Shown here: one piece after another, positions 36,458-46,101 of the stretch
Layout of the letters: the number at the start of each line of letters is the position of its first letter
Numbering within the stretch: the first letter of the stretch is position 1
From: a virus
IMG/VR virus record: IMGVR_UViG_3300044617_001156
Length of the DNA stretch: 64,000 nt
Strand: one strand, 5' to 3'
The notes under the pieces: model-generated
What the model was told of the DNA's origin: nothing
What the model saw: the letters and a program-made list of their open reading frames with translations, nothing else
The model's database searches: none
Translations under genes and position numbers: made by a program

Positions 36458-37885
36458 ATGCTAAATCCATTTTTTCTCCAAGGGTCTAAATCTGAGCAGG
36501 GTCTTATTCAAGACTTGATTAATGAGCAACTCAGAATGTATGGAGTTGAAGTTCATTATTTACCTCGCCAATATGTCACTGAAAAGACCATTATAAAAGA
36601 AGTTATTGAATCAGAATTCAAAGGTGCTTTTCCAATAGAAGCATATGTGGATACTTATGAAGGTTACGGTGGGCAGGGAACTTTATTATCAAAGTTTGGT
36701 GTTCAAGAGTTGGATGATTTAACCATTATTATATCCAAAGAAAGATGGGAAAATTATATTCAACCACTTATTGAAAATTATCCTGACGTTAAACTTTCCA
36801 AGAGACCTAAAGAGGGTGATTTAATTTACTTTCCGTTAGGAGACCGTTTGTTTGAAATAAAGTATGTCGAACATGAAAAACCATTTTATCAACTCCAAGG
36901 ACTATACACATATGAACTGAGATGTGAACTCTTTCGTTATGAGGATGAAGTTATTGATACTGGTGTTGACTATATTGACGATAACGTTGCTCAAGACGCA
37001 AATATTCAAACCTTACAACTAATCGGCATTGGAACAACTGCTACTGCTATTACTGGTGTTGTAAATGGTGGTGTTCGTTATGTTACAATCACAAATAGAG
37101 GAAATAATTATACCTCAGCACCAAACGTAGCATTCTCCACAGCACCATCTGGAGGAGTTACTGCAGTTGGTATTGCTACGTTATTAAGTGGTATCGTAGA
37201 TATCTGTGGCCCTGACGAAACAAAATATAGAGTTCAGGGTGTTGAACTTACAAATCCAGGATCTGGATACACTGTAGCACCAAAGGTAGCATTTATTGGT
37301 GGCGGTGGATCTGGTGCGACTGGAATAACTTCAATAGGAAATGGACTTGTAGGAATAGTCACACTTACAAATGGCGGTGGAGGATACACAAGTTCACCTA
37401 CAGTGACTTTCGTAGGCATATCATCAGAAACTGCAGTTGGATATGCAGAAATTAATTCTTCAGGTGAAGTAACGCAGATAAGAATAAGAAATGCTGGTCT
37501 TGGATATACTGTAGCGCCAACGATTACAATTGCATCTCCAAATATCTACGTTGGTTTTGGAACTTATACATATAACGAAGTAGTGGTTGGAAGTGCATCT
37601 AGCACTAAAGCAAGAGTTAAGAGTTGGAATGCTATTACCAAAATTCTTGAAGTATCTAATATAACAGGAGCATTTAACGCCGGAGAGACAATCATTGGAC
37701 AGAGTTCAGGCGCTCAATACTCATTAAGAAAACCATACACAGATAATTTAGGATCTACTAAGAATTTAGATGAAGCTTATTCTGGAGGAGATACTAAGGA
37801 TAGGTTTGCCGATAATCTGCAAATAGAGACCGAAGGTGATTTAATTGTAGACTTTAGTGAGGAAAATCCTTTTGGAATTCCTTAA
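36458..37885 (+). CDS. gp14: Neck protein with inserted repeat domains
   Basis: EQ.LIQDLINEQLRMYG...RPKEGDLIYFP...PFYQL...DFSEENPFG. Confidence 0.93.
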   Translation: MLNPFFLQGSKSEQGLIQDLINEQLRMYGVEVHYLPRQYVTEKTIIKEVIESEFKGAFPIEAYVDTYEGYGGQGTLLSKFGVQELDDLTIIISKERWENYIQPLIENYPDVKLSKRPKEGDLIYFPLGDRLFEIKYVEHEKPFYQLQGLYTYELRCELFRYEDEVIDTGVDYIDDNVAQDANIQTLQLIGIGTTATAITGVVNGGVRYVTITNRGNNYTSAPNVAFSTAPSGGVTAVGIATLLSGIVDICGPDETKYRVQGVELTNPGSGYTVAPKVAFIGGGGSGATGITSIGNGLVGIVTLTNGGGGYTSSPTVTFVGISSETAVGYAEINSSGEVTQIRIRNAGLGYTVAPTITIASPNIYVGFGTYTYNEVVVGSASSTKARVKSWNAITKILEVSNITGAFNAGETIIGQSSGAQYSLRKPYTDNLGSTKNLDEAYSGGDTKDRFADNLQIETEGDLIVDFSEENPFGIP

Positions 37886-37918
37886 ATAGTTAAATAATAC
37901 TAATAAGAAACTATAGAT

Positions 37919-38917
37919 ATGTTTGAATATTTTTATCACGAAATTTTAAGAAAAACCATTATTGGATTTGGAACTCTTTTCAATAATATAACCATTAAGC
38001 ATAAGAAAGATACTGGTGAAGTTGTTTCTTTGATAAAGGTTCCTATTGCATATGGACCTATTCAAAAGTTTCTTGCTCGTATAGAACAACAACCAAATCT
38101 GAACAAACCAGTTCAGATAACTTTACCCAGGATGTCTTTTGAATTTGTTGGATTAAGTTATGATCCAACTAGAAAAGTAACATCCACTCAAACTTTTGTA
38201 AGTCCTTCAGTAACTGATGGAACTGATATTCGAAAGTCATATATGCCTGTCCCATATAATATGGACTTTGAACTGAGCATTATGACTAAACTAGATGATG
38301 ATATGCTTCAAATTATAGAACAAATACTTCCTTACTTTGGCCCATCATATACACTGTCCCTTAATTTATTAAGTAGTATTGGTGAAAAGAGAGATGTTCC
38401 CGTAACTTTAAATAACATCTCAATGTCGGATAATTATGAGGGAGACTATACCAACAGAAGAGCACTGATTTATACTTTAAGATTTACAGTCAAGAATTAC
38501 TTCTTTGGACCTATTTCTTCTGCATCCGACGATATCATTAAAAAGGTTTCTCTTGGATTTATCTCTGGGGATACAAAATCTACCACAAGAGATCTTACTT
38601 ATAGTGCAGAGCCAGTTGCAACCCAGAGTTATACTAATAATGCAGTTGGAACAATTACTGATGATATTGAATTGCATGATAATACCATTACTGTAGATAA
38701 CGCATCTTCAATTACGTTAAATAGTTACATCACCATTGATAATGAAACATTGCAAGTAACTAAGAAAACTGGTAATGTTTTAACTGTGAATAGAGGATCT
38801 TATGGAACACCTATTTCTATTCACGTTTCCGGAACCCAGGTTAAACTAATTACCGAAAGTGATAATGATCTGATTGAATTTGGAGACGATTTTGGTTTTG
38901 GAATTTCTTTTAGTTAA
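37919..38917 (+). CDS. gp15: Tail sheath stabiliser/terminator
   Basis: FYHEILRKTIIGFGTLFNNI...VPIAYGP.QKFLAR...LPRMSFE. Confidence 0.95.
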   Translation: MFEYFYHEILRKTIIGFGTLFNNITIKHKKDTGEVVSLIKVPIAYGPIQKFLARIEQQPNLNKPVQITLPRMSFEFVGLSYDPTRKVTSTQTFVSPSVTDGTDIRKSYMPVPYNMDFELSIMTKLDDDMLQIIEQILPYFGPSYTLSLNLLSSIGEKRDVPVTLNNISMSDNYEGDYTNRRALIYTLRFTVKNYFFGPISSASDDIIKKVSLGFISGDTKSTTRDLTYSAEPVATQSYTNNAVGTITDDIELHDNTITVDNASSITLNSYITIDNETLQVTKKTGNVLTVNRGSYGTPISIHVSGTQVKLITESDNDLIEFGDDFGFGISFS

Positions 38918-38922
38918 AATAT

Positions 38923-39360
38923 ATGCCTAAAAAATTTGAAAAGTTAAATGAAGTCTTTAATGTTCAAAGTGAAACGATTTCTTCCGAATTGTCCAAAATA
39001 GAGACTGATTTGGAAAAGATTGAAGAAACTAAAAAAGATCAAAAAACAGACGTTGAAAAAGACTATGAGTATGCAAGGGGAAATTTGTATTCTCTAATGG
39101 AGAAAAGTCAAGAAGCACTTAACGGAATTCTTGAACTTGCCCAGGAAAGTGATATGCCTCGCGCATATGAAGTGGCAGGACAATTAATTAAAAGTACAGG
39201 TGAAATTGCCGATAAAATACTTTTAGTTCATAAGATATTAAAAGACGTTGAAGAAGATAAACCAAAAGGTCCAACAACAGTCAACAATGCACTATTTGTT
39301 GGATCTACATCAGATCTTGCAAAATTTTTAAAACAGCAAACGGAAAATGAAAACGTTTAA
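38923..39360 (+). CDS. gp16: Terminase small subunit
   Basis: DYEYARGNLY...PRAYEVAGQLIK...NNALFVGST. Confidence 0.93.
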   Translation: MPKKFEKLNEVFNVQSETISSELSKIETDLEKIEETKKDQKTDVEKDYEYARGNLYSLMEKSQEALNGILELAQESDMPRAYEVAGQLIKSTGEIADKILLVHKILKDVEEDKPKGPTTVNNALFVGSTSDLAKFLKQQTENENV

Positions 39361-39502
39361 GCAGTTTCAAGAAGATTGGACTAATAAATATAAAAAGAGT
39401 ATTGATTGCTCAAACCCAAAAGGATTTTCTCAAAAAGCACACTGTGCAGGTAGGAGAAAGAGAGCAAAAGGTGAAGAGACTAAATCAAAACCGATTGAAT
39501 GA
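39347..39502 (+). CDS. 51-aa basic protein with a capsid-targeting-like N-terminus (MKTFKQFQE)
   Basis: Hand-translated; coupled to the next ORF; KSIDCSNPKGFSQKAHC module. Confidence 0.7.
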   Translation: MKTFKQFQEDWTNKYKKSIDCSNPKGFSQKAHCAGRRKRAKGEETKSKPIE

Positions 39503-41232
39503 TGCCTAAACTTAAGTCGCACAAAACAGTTGAACAGATAGCAAAGAAGCATCGTCTTGATGTTTCTTTTATACAGAAGCAACTTGATATGGGCGAACCA
39601 ATTGAACATGAACATACTCAAGACCATAATCTGGCTAGAGACATTGCTCTTCAGCATTTAGATGAAATTCCAGATTATTATACCCGTCTTAAAAAAATGG
39701 AAGCGGATGCTAAGAAGCATCACAAAAAATTTAAAGATGTTACTGAAGAGGGTCTTCGTGATTGGTTTGGTAAATCAAAATCAAAGGATGGTAAATCTGG
39801 GTGGGTAAATGTAGTGACTGGTGGTACATGTGCAAGTGATGAACCTGGAGAGGGAACACCTAAGTGCGTCTCTTCAGCAAAAAGAGAAAGTATGACGAAG
39901 GCAGAGAGACTTTCGGCATCCAGAAGAAAAAAAGAAGCAGATCCTGGACAGCAACAGAAAACAGGAGCTGCTAAACCAACATATGTTTCTACCGATTCAC
40001 CTAAAAAGAAAATGAAAGAAGAAATGAACATACAAGAAGCAAAAGATAAACCAGGTAAAGGTAGCGGTAAAAAAGATGCATGTTATAATAAAGTAAAGTC
40101 TCGTTATAGTGTTTGGCCAAGTGCATATGCTTCTGGTGCTTTGGTTAAGTGCCGCAAAGTTGGTGCTGATAACTGGGGAAATAAATCAGAAGCAGTTGAA
40201 GAGCAAAGATACTGTCCATTATGTGATAAAAGAGAAACTAGATCTGAGTGCTCTTATGGAGAAAAAACATGGGATAAAGTCTCCATCAAAGACGAAGAGT
40301 ACTCAATGGCAAGGTCTGAGTTAGAAACCATTGCATCTGCAGTAAAACGCCTCAAATCAAAAGTTAAAACTGGTGAGGGTGATCTTGAAGCATGGGTACA
40401 GTCAAAAATTACTAAGGCAGCAGATTATATTGACACTGCTGCAGATTATATTGATAGTGGAGAGATGAAGGAAGAAAAGATAGTTGATAAGATTATGGAT
40501 GAAATGAAGTGCTGGCCTGGTTATAAGAAGAAAGGTACTCAAAAATTATTTGGTAAGAAATATAATAGATGTGTAAAAGCAGAAGATGTGACTATCGAAG
40601 ATGCTGATGGCAATACTTTCGTAGAGATAGTAGATCTAATTAAACCTGATCCAATTCAAGGAACTAAAATAGAAGAGGCAACAAGAATTCAGTCTCAAAC
40701 TGGAAATGTGGTTATGGTAACTCTTCAGTGGAGAGGAAAATATTATTCACTTAAGATGTTCTTCCCTCAGATTAAGTTACCAAGTAGAACGGAAATAAAT
40801 GATGAGATCCAGAAAGTTTATCCAGGATCTAGAGTTGTTTATCATTCAGTATCAGAACTAAGTCCAGGACAACCTCTTATTCAATCTTTTGGTCCTCAGG
40901 GAGGAAGTTCAGCAAAACCAGGACCAAGCAAAGCATATGTAAAACCAATGGGAGAGGAGGTTGAGATAGATGAAGACTGGCAAAAAGTAAATCGTCAGGA
41001 TAAAACTGCAGGATTAAGTCAAAAAGCAGTTGATGCATATCGCAGAGAAAATCCAGGTTCAAAACTTAAAACTGCAGTAACTGAAAAGAATCCAGAGGGA
41101 AAAAGAGCAAAGCGTCGTGCTTCATTTTGCCAGAGGATGAAAGGGATGAAGTCTAAACTTACTTCATCAGAAACTGCTAGAGATCCTGATAGCAACATTA
41201 ACAAAGCACTTCGTCGTTGGAATTGTAACTAA
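39499..41232 (+). CDS. Mosaic Lys/Cys-rich protein, putative internal head polyprotein
   Basis: Series of short basic modules separated by acidic linkers ending in Glu; lies between gp16 and gp17. Confidence 0.7.
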   Translation: MMPKLKSHKTVEQIAKKHRLDVSFIQKQLDMGEPIEHEHTQDHNLARDIALQHLDEIPDYYTRLKKMEADAKKHHKKFKDVTEEGLRDWFGKSKSKDGKSGWVNVVTGGTCASDEPGEGTPKCVSSAKRESMTKAERLSASRRKKEADPGQQQKTGAAKPTYVSTDSPKKKMKEEMNIQEAKDKPGKGSGKKDACYNKVKSRYSVWPSAYASGALVKCRKVGADNWGNKSEAVEEQRYCPLCDKRETRSECSYGEKTWDKVSIKDEEYSMARSELETIASAVKRLKSKVKTGEGDLEAWVQSKITKAADYIDTAADYIDSGEMKEEKIVDKIMDEMKCWPGYKKKGTQKLFGKKYNRCVKAEDVTIEDADGNTFVEIVDLIKPDPIQGTKIEEATRIQSQTGNVVMVTLQWRGKYYSLKMFFPQIKLPSRTEINDEIQKVYPGSRVVYHSVSELSPGQPLIQSFGPQGGSSAKPGPSKAYVKPMGEEVEIDEDWQKVNRQDKTAGLSQKAVDAYRRENPGSKLKTAVTEKNPEGKRAKRRASFCQRMKGMKSKLTSSETARDPDSNINKALRRWNCN

Positions 41233-41248
41233 TAAGTAGGTTTTTATT

Positions 41249-42895
41249 ATGCCAAATGATGTTTATCTGGGTAATCCTTTACTGAAGAAGGCGAATACTC
41301 CGATTGAATTTACACAGGATCAAATTTTAGAATTTGTTAAGTGTAAAGATGATCCGGTTTATTTTGCCAAAAATTATGTAAAAATTGTTACTCTAGATCA
41401 TGGATTACAATCCTTTCAGATGTATCCTTTTCAGGAAAAACTTGTAAGGCGATTTCATGAGAATAGATTTAATATTTGTAAGATGCCTCGTCAGACTGGA
41501 AAGTCTACGACTGTGGTATCTTTTTTGCTTCATTATGCAGTGTTCAATGACAATGTAAATATTGGTATTCTTGCAAACAAGGCTGCTACCGCTAGGGAAC
41601 TATTAGACCGTCTTCAAACTGCATATGAAAACTTACCAAAGTGGATGCAACAAGGAATTATTTCTTGGAACAAAGGTTCCTTGGAATTGGAAAACGGAAG
41701 TAAAATCTTGGCTGCTTCTACTTCTGCTTCTGCAGTTCGTGGTATGTCATTCAATATCTTATTTTTGGACGAATTTGCTTTCGTTCCGAACCACATTGCA
41801 GACTCATTCTTTGCATCAGTTTATCCGACGATTACTTCAGGTAAACAAACTAAGGTAATTATTGTATCCACGCCCCACGGTATGAATCATTTCTACCGAA
41901 TGTGGCATGATGCAGAAAAAGGTAAAAACGAATATATTTTCACTGATGTTCACTGGAGTGAAGTTCCCGGAAGAGATGAAGATTGGAAAAAGCAAACTAT
42001 TGCTAACACTTCAGAGCAACAGTTTAAGGTAGAATTTGAATGTGAATTTTTAGGTTCTGTAGATACACTGATTGCACCAAGTAAACTTAGAAACTTAGTT
42101 TATGATCACCCAAAGACTCGAAGTGCTGGATTAGATGTTTATGCAGAGCCCGAAGAAAATCATGATTATCTAATAACAGTGGATGTTGCTAGGGGTGTAG
42201 GAAACGATTATTCTGCATTTGCTATCGTTGATATAACTCAGTTTCCTCATAGAGTTGTTGCAAAGTATAGAAATAATGAAATAAAACCAATGCTTTTCCC
42301 AAGCATTATTCATGAAGCTGCTACTGCATATAATAGTGCATATATTTTATGTGAAGTAAACGATGTTGGAGATCAAGTTGCTAGCATCCTCCAGTATGAC
42401 TTAGAATATAATAATTTATTGATGTGCTCAATGAGAGGTAGAGCAGGTCAAATAGTTGGACAAGGATTTTCTGGGAAGAAAACTCAACTTGGAGTTAAGA
42501 TGTCCAAAACGGTAAAGAAAATTGGTTGTCTTAATTTAAAGACAATGATTGAAGAGGACAAGTTATATTTAAATGATTATGAAATAATCTCCGAGTTAAC
42601 CACCTTTATTCAAAAGCATAACTCATTTGAAGCAGAAGAAGGTTGTAATGATGACTTGGCAATGTGCTTGGTCATTTATGCTTGGTTAGTCGCACAAGAC
42701 TATTTCAAAGAACTCACTGATCAGGATGTTAGGAAAAGACTATATGAAGAACAAAAAAATCAAATCGAACAAGATATGTCTCCATTTGGATTTATTTCAG
42801 ATGGATTAGATGAGAGTAGTTTTGTTGATCCGGAAGGTGATAGGTGGTATTTAGATGAATATGGTGATCGGGCATATATGTGGGAATACATGTAA
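41249..42895 (+). CDS. gp17: Terminase large subunit
   Basis: PRQTGKST Walker A, LFLDEFAF Walker B, VDVARG and NDDL nuclease motifs; no intein. Confidence 0.98.
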   Translation: MPNDVYLGNPLLKKANTPIEFTQDQILEFVKCKDDPVYFAKNYVKIVTLDHGLQSFQMYPFQEKLVRRFHENRFNICKMPRQTGKSTTVVSFLLHYAVFNDNVNIGILANKAATARELLDRLQTAYENLPKWMQQGIISWNKGSLELENGSKILAASTSASAVRGMSFNILFLDEFAFVPNHIADSFFASVYPTITSGKQTKVIIVSTPHGMNHFYRMWHDAEKGKNEYIFTDVHWSEVPGRDEDWKKQTIANTSEQQFKVEFECEFLGSVDTLIAPSKLRNLVYDHPKTRSAGLDVYAEPEENHDYLITVDVARGVGNDYSAFAIVDITQFPHRVVAKYRNNEIKPMLFPSIIHEAATAYNSAYILCEVNDVGDQVASILQYDLEYNNLLMCSMRGRAGQIVGQGFSGKKTQLGVKMSKTVKKIGCLNLKTMIEEDKLYLNDYEIISELTTFIQKHNSFEAEEGCNDDLAMCLVIYAWLVAQDYFKELTDQDVRKRLYEEQKNQIEQDMSPFGFISDGLDESSFVDPEGDRWYLDEYGDRAYMWEYM

Positions 42896-42903
42896 TTTAA
42901 TAG

Positions 42904-43134
42904 ATGGAAATAGATAAGCAAATAGGATTAAGTCATTTATTTCTTACCGATAGAAAATGTCGGGTGTGCGGAGACGTTAAAAATTTAATTGGTGATTTTT
43001 ATAGAACTCGTAAAGACCGTGGAGCAGTAGCATCTTCTTATTCTTACGAGTGCAAAGAATGTACTATACAAAGAATTAAAGATTCCAAAAAAATGAACCT
43101 ACCCTACCTTATGTGGGAATATCCTGACTGGTGA
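42904..43134 (+). CDS. Small zinc-finger protein
   Basis: CRVC...CKEC. Confidence 0.75.
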   Translation: MEIDKQIGLSHLFLTDRKCRVCGDVKNLIGDFYRTRKDRGAVASSYSYECKECTIQRIKDSKKMNLPYLMWEYPDW

Positions 43135-43171
43135 TTCGCGTCATGTTTCCCCTACGTAAATATAGTTTTTA

Positions 43172-43178
43172 ATAAATA
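43172..43178 (+). promoter_or_regulatory. Late promoter ATAAATA
   Basis: Upstream of gp18. Confidence 0.7.
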
Positions 43179-43213
43179 TTTTTTAGATAAACTGAGACTT
43201 TACGGAGAAAAAC

Positions 43214-45412
43214 ATGGCGACTCCTCAATTATCTCCTGGTGTACTAGTCAGAGAGGTTGATTTAACTGTAGGAAGAGCTGATAATGTATTAGACAATATT
43301 GGTGCAATTGCTGGACCTTTTGCAATTGGACCTGTAGATGATCCTATTGACATCACTACAGAAAACGAACTAATCAATGTGTTTGGTAAGCCAATCTCAA
43401 CTGATGCTCAGTATGAGTATTGGATGAGTGCGTCTTCATTCCTTTCATATGGCGGAGTTCTTAAAGTAGTAAGAACCGATGGAAGCAACCTGGTAAATGC
43501 CAATGCAATTAGAAACTCTGCTGGAGTATCTACTGCAGGCGAACCAACACTCAAGATCAAGAATTTTGATGATTATGAGGCAAATTATGCCGATGATATT
43601 GCAAATTACATTTTTGCCGCTAAGAGTCCAGGTTCCTGGGCAAACAACTTAAAAGTATGTGTTATTGACGATAAAGCAGACCAAACTCTTTATGTTGGAT
43701 CTGCTGCCACTAGCATGGCTCAAGTAGGTTATGCAGTAACCACTACTCTCACCAATGTTCCTTCTGCAGGTGTAGGAACAACTTCTGTATTCAATGGATA
43801 CCTGAAAGGTATCGTAACTGGAGTTGGTGCAAGCACTTTAGATGTTAAAGTTACTTCTGTTGTAAGCACTGCAGGAGTTGAAACTAAAGTAGATTATGCA
43901 CAAATGACCCAGTTAAGATCCTTTAAGGCATCTACATCTGGCGGAAACTTATTAGTCAATTTAATAACCAATGCTGGTATTGCTAGTACTTCAGTAACTA
44001 TTAACACTGGTACAAATCCAATTCTTGATTGGTATGATCAGCAAACTTTAAATCTTACCAACACAAGTATTTTCTGGAGATCAATTGCACCAAAACCAGG
44101 AACTTCTCAGTATGTTAATGATAGAAATGGAAGAAGTGATGAAATTCACGTTGTAGTGGTAGATGACACTGGTTCTGTAACTGGAATTCAAGGAAATCTG
44201 CTAGAGAAATGGATTGGTTTATCTAAAGCAACTGATGCTATTTCTGCAGTCAATTCACCACAAAAGATTTGGTGGAAAAATGCTGTCGCAATATTCTCCA
44301 AGTATGTTTATGTTGGAGATAATCCATCGGACGACTTAAATGCAAATGAAGATGTAGTTCCAACTGGATTTAGTTCTGGATTTACTGCAAATACAACTGC
44401 ACAGGGTTTATGGAACCTAGACGCACAAGATAGAACTTATAGTGCTTTAGGTAACGTAACTTATAATCTAAGCGGTGGTAAAGATTATTCCAATTCTGGT
44501 GGAATGACTGCTACTTTAGGTGATTTATTCACCTCATATAACTTATTCTCAAATAGAGATGAAATTGCTGTTGATTACTTAATCATGGGTCCTGGATTAG
44601 GAAACAAATTTGAATCTCAAGCAAAAGCAAATCAACTGATTTCAATAGCAAATTCAAGAAAAGACTGTGTTGCCGTAATTTCACCTCATCGCGCAGATGT
44701 TGTTGATATTACAAATACAGATACTCAAACTGATAATATTTTAGAGTTCTTCTCACCACTTGCATCCACATCATATGCAATCTTTGATACTGGATATAAG
44801 TACACCTTCGATCGCTTCAATAATAGATTCCGTTATATTCCATGTAACGCTGATGTTGCTGGTCTCTGCGTAAGAACTTCTATCTTTGCATATCCTTGGT
44901 TCTCACCTGCAGGACAGCAAAGAGGTGTACTAAACAATGCTATTAAACTAGCATATAATCCAAATAAGGCCCAGAGAGATCAACTGTATCCTCAGAGAAT
45001 TAACTCAATTATCAATCAACCTGGTATTGGTATTATCCTCTTCGGAGACAAGACTGCTCTCGGTTTTGCTTCTGCATTTGATAGAATCAACGTTCGTAGA
45101 CTGTTCCTCACTGTTGAACAAGCACTTGAAAGAACTGCCCAGGCACAACTCTTCGAACTCAATGATGAGATCACAAGAGCAAACTTCATTAATATTGTTG
45201 AACCATATTTACGCGATGTTCAAGCAAAGAGAGGTTTGTATGGATTCTTCGTTAGATGCGACGAAACAAACAACACTCCTGATGTGATCGATAATAATGA
45301 ATTTAGAGCTGATATCTTCCTGAAACCAGCTAAGTCAATTAATTATGTAACTCTAACATTCGTTGCAACCAGAACTGGCGTAAGCTTTGAAGAAGTTGCT
45401 GGATCTGTTTGA
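43214..45412 (+). CDS. gp18: Tail sheath protein
   Basis: LSPGVLVREVDLT...PWFSPAG..RG...FDRINVRRLFL...KPAKSINYVTL.FVATRTG. Confidence 0.98.
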   Translation: MATPQLSPGVLVREVDLTVGRADNVLDNIGAIAGPFAIGPVDDPIDITTENELINVFGKPISTDAQYEYWMSASSFLSYGGVLKVVRTDGSNLVNANAIRNSAGVSTAGEPTLKIKNFDDYEANYADDIANYIFAAKSPGSWANNLKVCVIDDKADQTLYVGSAATSMAQVGYAVTTTLTNVPSAGVGTTSVFNGYLKGIVTGVGASTLDVKVTSVVSTAGVETKVDYAQMTQLRSFKASTSGGNLLVNLITNAGIASTSVTINTGTNPILDWYDQQTLNLTNTSIFWRSIAPKPGTSQYVNDRNGRSDEIHVVVVDDTGSVTGIQGNLLEKWIGLSKATDAISAVNSPQKIWWKNAVAIFSKYVYVGDNPSDDLNANEDVVPTGFSSGFTANTTAQGLWNLDAQDRTYSALGNVTYNLSGGKDYSNSGGMTATLGDLFTSYNLFSNRDEIAVDYLIMGPGLGNKFESQAKANQLISIANSRKDCVAVISPHRADVVDITNTDTQTDNILEFFSPLASTSYAIFDTGYKYTFDRFNNRFRYIPCNADVAGLCVRTSIFAYPWFSPAGQQRGVLNNAIKLAYNPNKAQRDQLYPQRINSIINQPGIGIILFGDKTALGFASAFDRINVRRLFLTVEQALERTAQAQLFELNDEITRANFINIVEPYLRDVQAKRGLYGFFVRCDETNNTPDVIDNNEFRADIFLKPAKSINYVTLTFVATRTGVSFEEVAGSV

Positions 45413-45449
45413 TCATTTAAATAAATTAATTACAGAGGAGGATTAAAAA

Positions 45450-46070
45450 ATGGCTACTATCAAAGGTCTCTCACAATTTAAGACAAAACTATCAGGTGGT
45501 GGTGCTCGCCCCAATCTATTTGAAGTCACACTTCCAAGTTTCCCACCTGGAGTAAATCTTGGAGTTCAAGGTGACGGCGGCGGACAATTTGATGCAGAAA
45601 AGTTTTCCTTTTTATGTAAGGCAGCTGCCTTACCTGCTTCAAACATTTCACCAATCGAAGTTCCTTTCCGTGGTAGAACCATGAAGGTTGCTGGTGATAG
45701 AACATTTGATACTTGGACTATCACCGTTATTAATGATGAAGACTTCCAGTATAGAAGAGCATTTGAAGCATGGATGCAAAACATAGGTCAGTATTCAGAT
45801 CACAGTGGTCTCACTACTCCTAATGACTACATGACTGATGCTACTGTTGTTCAACTTGGAAGAGCAATTGTCGGAAAAGAAACTGGAACTGGAACTGGCG
45901 GAAATGCTAATGTTCTAGCACAGTATAAGTTTAAGGATATTTTCCCAACTAATGTTTCTGCTATTGATCTATCCTACGATACAACAGATACCATTGAAGA
46001 ATTCACTGTAGAATTCCAAATCAACTTCTGGTATCCTGAAGCTCCAGGTAGCAATACTGCACAAGGATAA
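45450..46070 (+). CDS. gp19: Tail tube protein
   Basis: GGARPNLFEV...VPFRGR..KVAGDRTFD.W...IEEFTVEF. Confidence 0.97.
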   Translation: MATIKGLSQFKTKLSGGGARPNLFEVTLPSFPPGVNLGVQGDGGGQFDAEKFSFLCKAAALPASNISPIEVPFRGRTMKVAGDRTFDTWTITVINDEDFQYRRAFEAWMQNIGQYSDHSGLTTPNDYMTDATVVQLGRAIVGKETGTGTGGNANVLAQYKFKDIFPTNVSAIDLSYDTTDTIEEFTVEFQINFWYPEAPGSNTAQG

Positions 46071-46101
46071 ATAATACAAGTATATACCTTTAAATTAAAT
46101 T

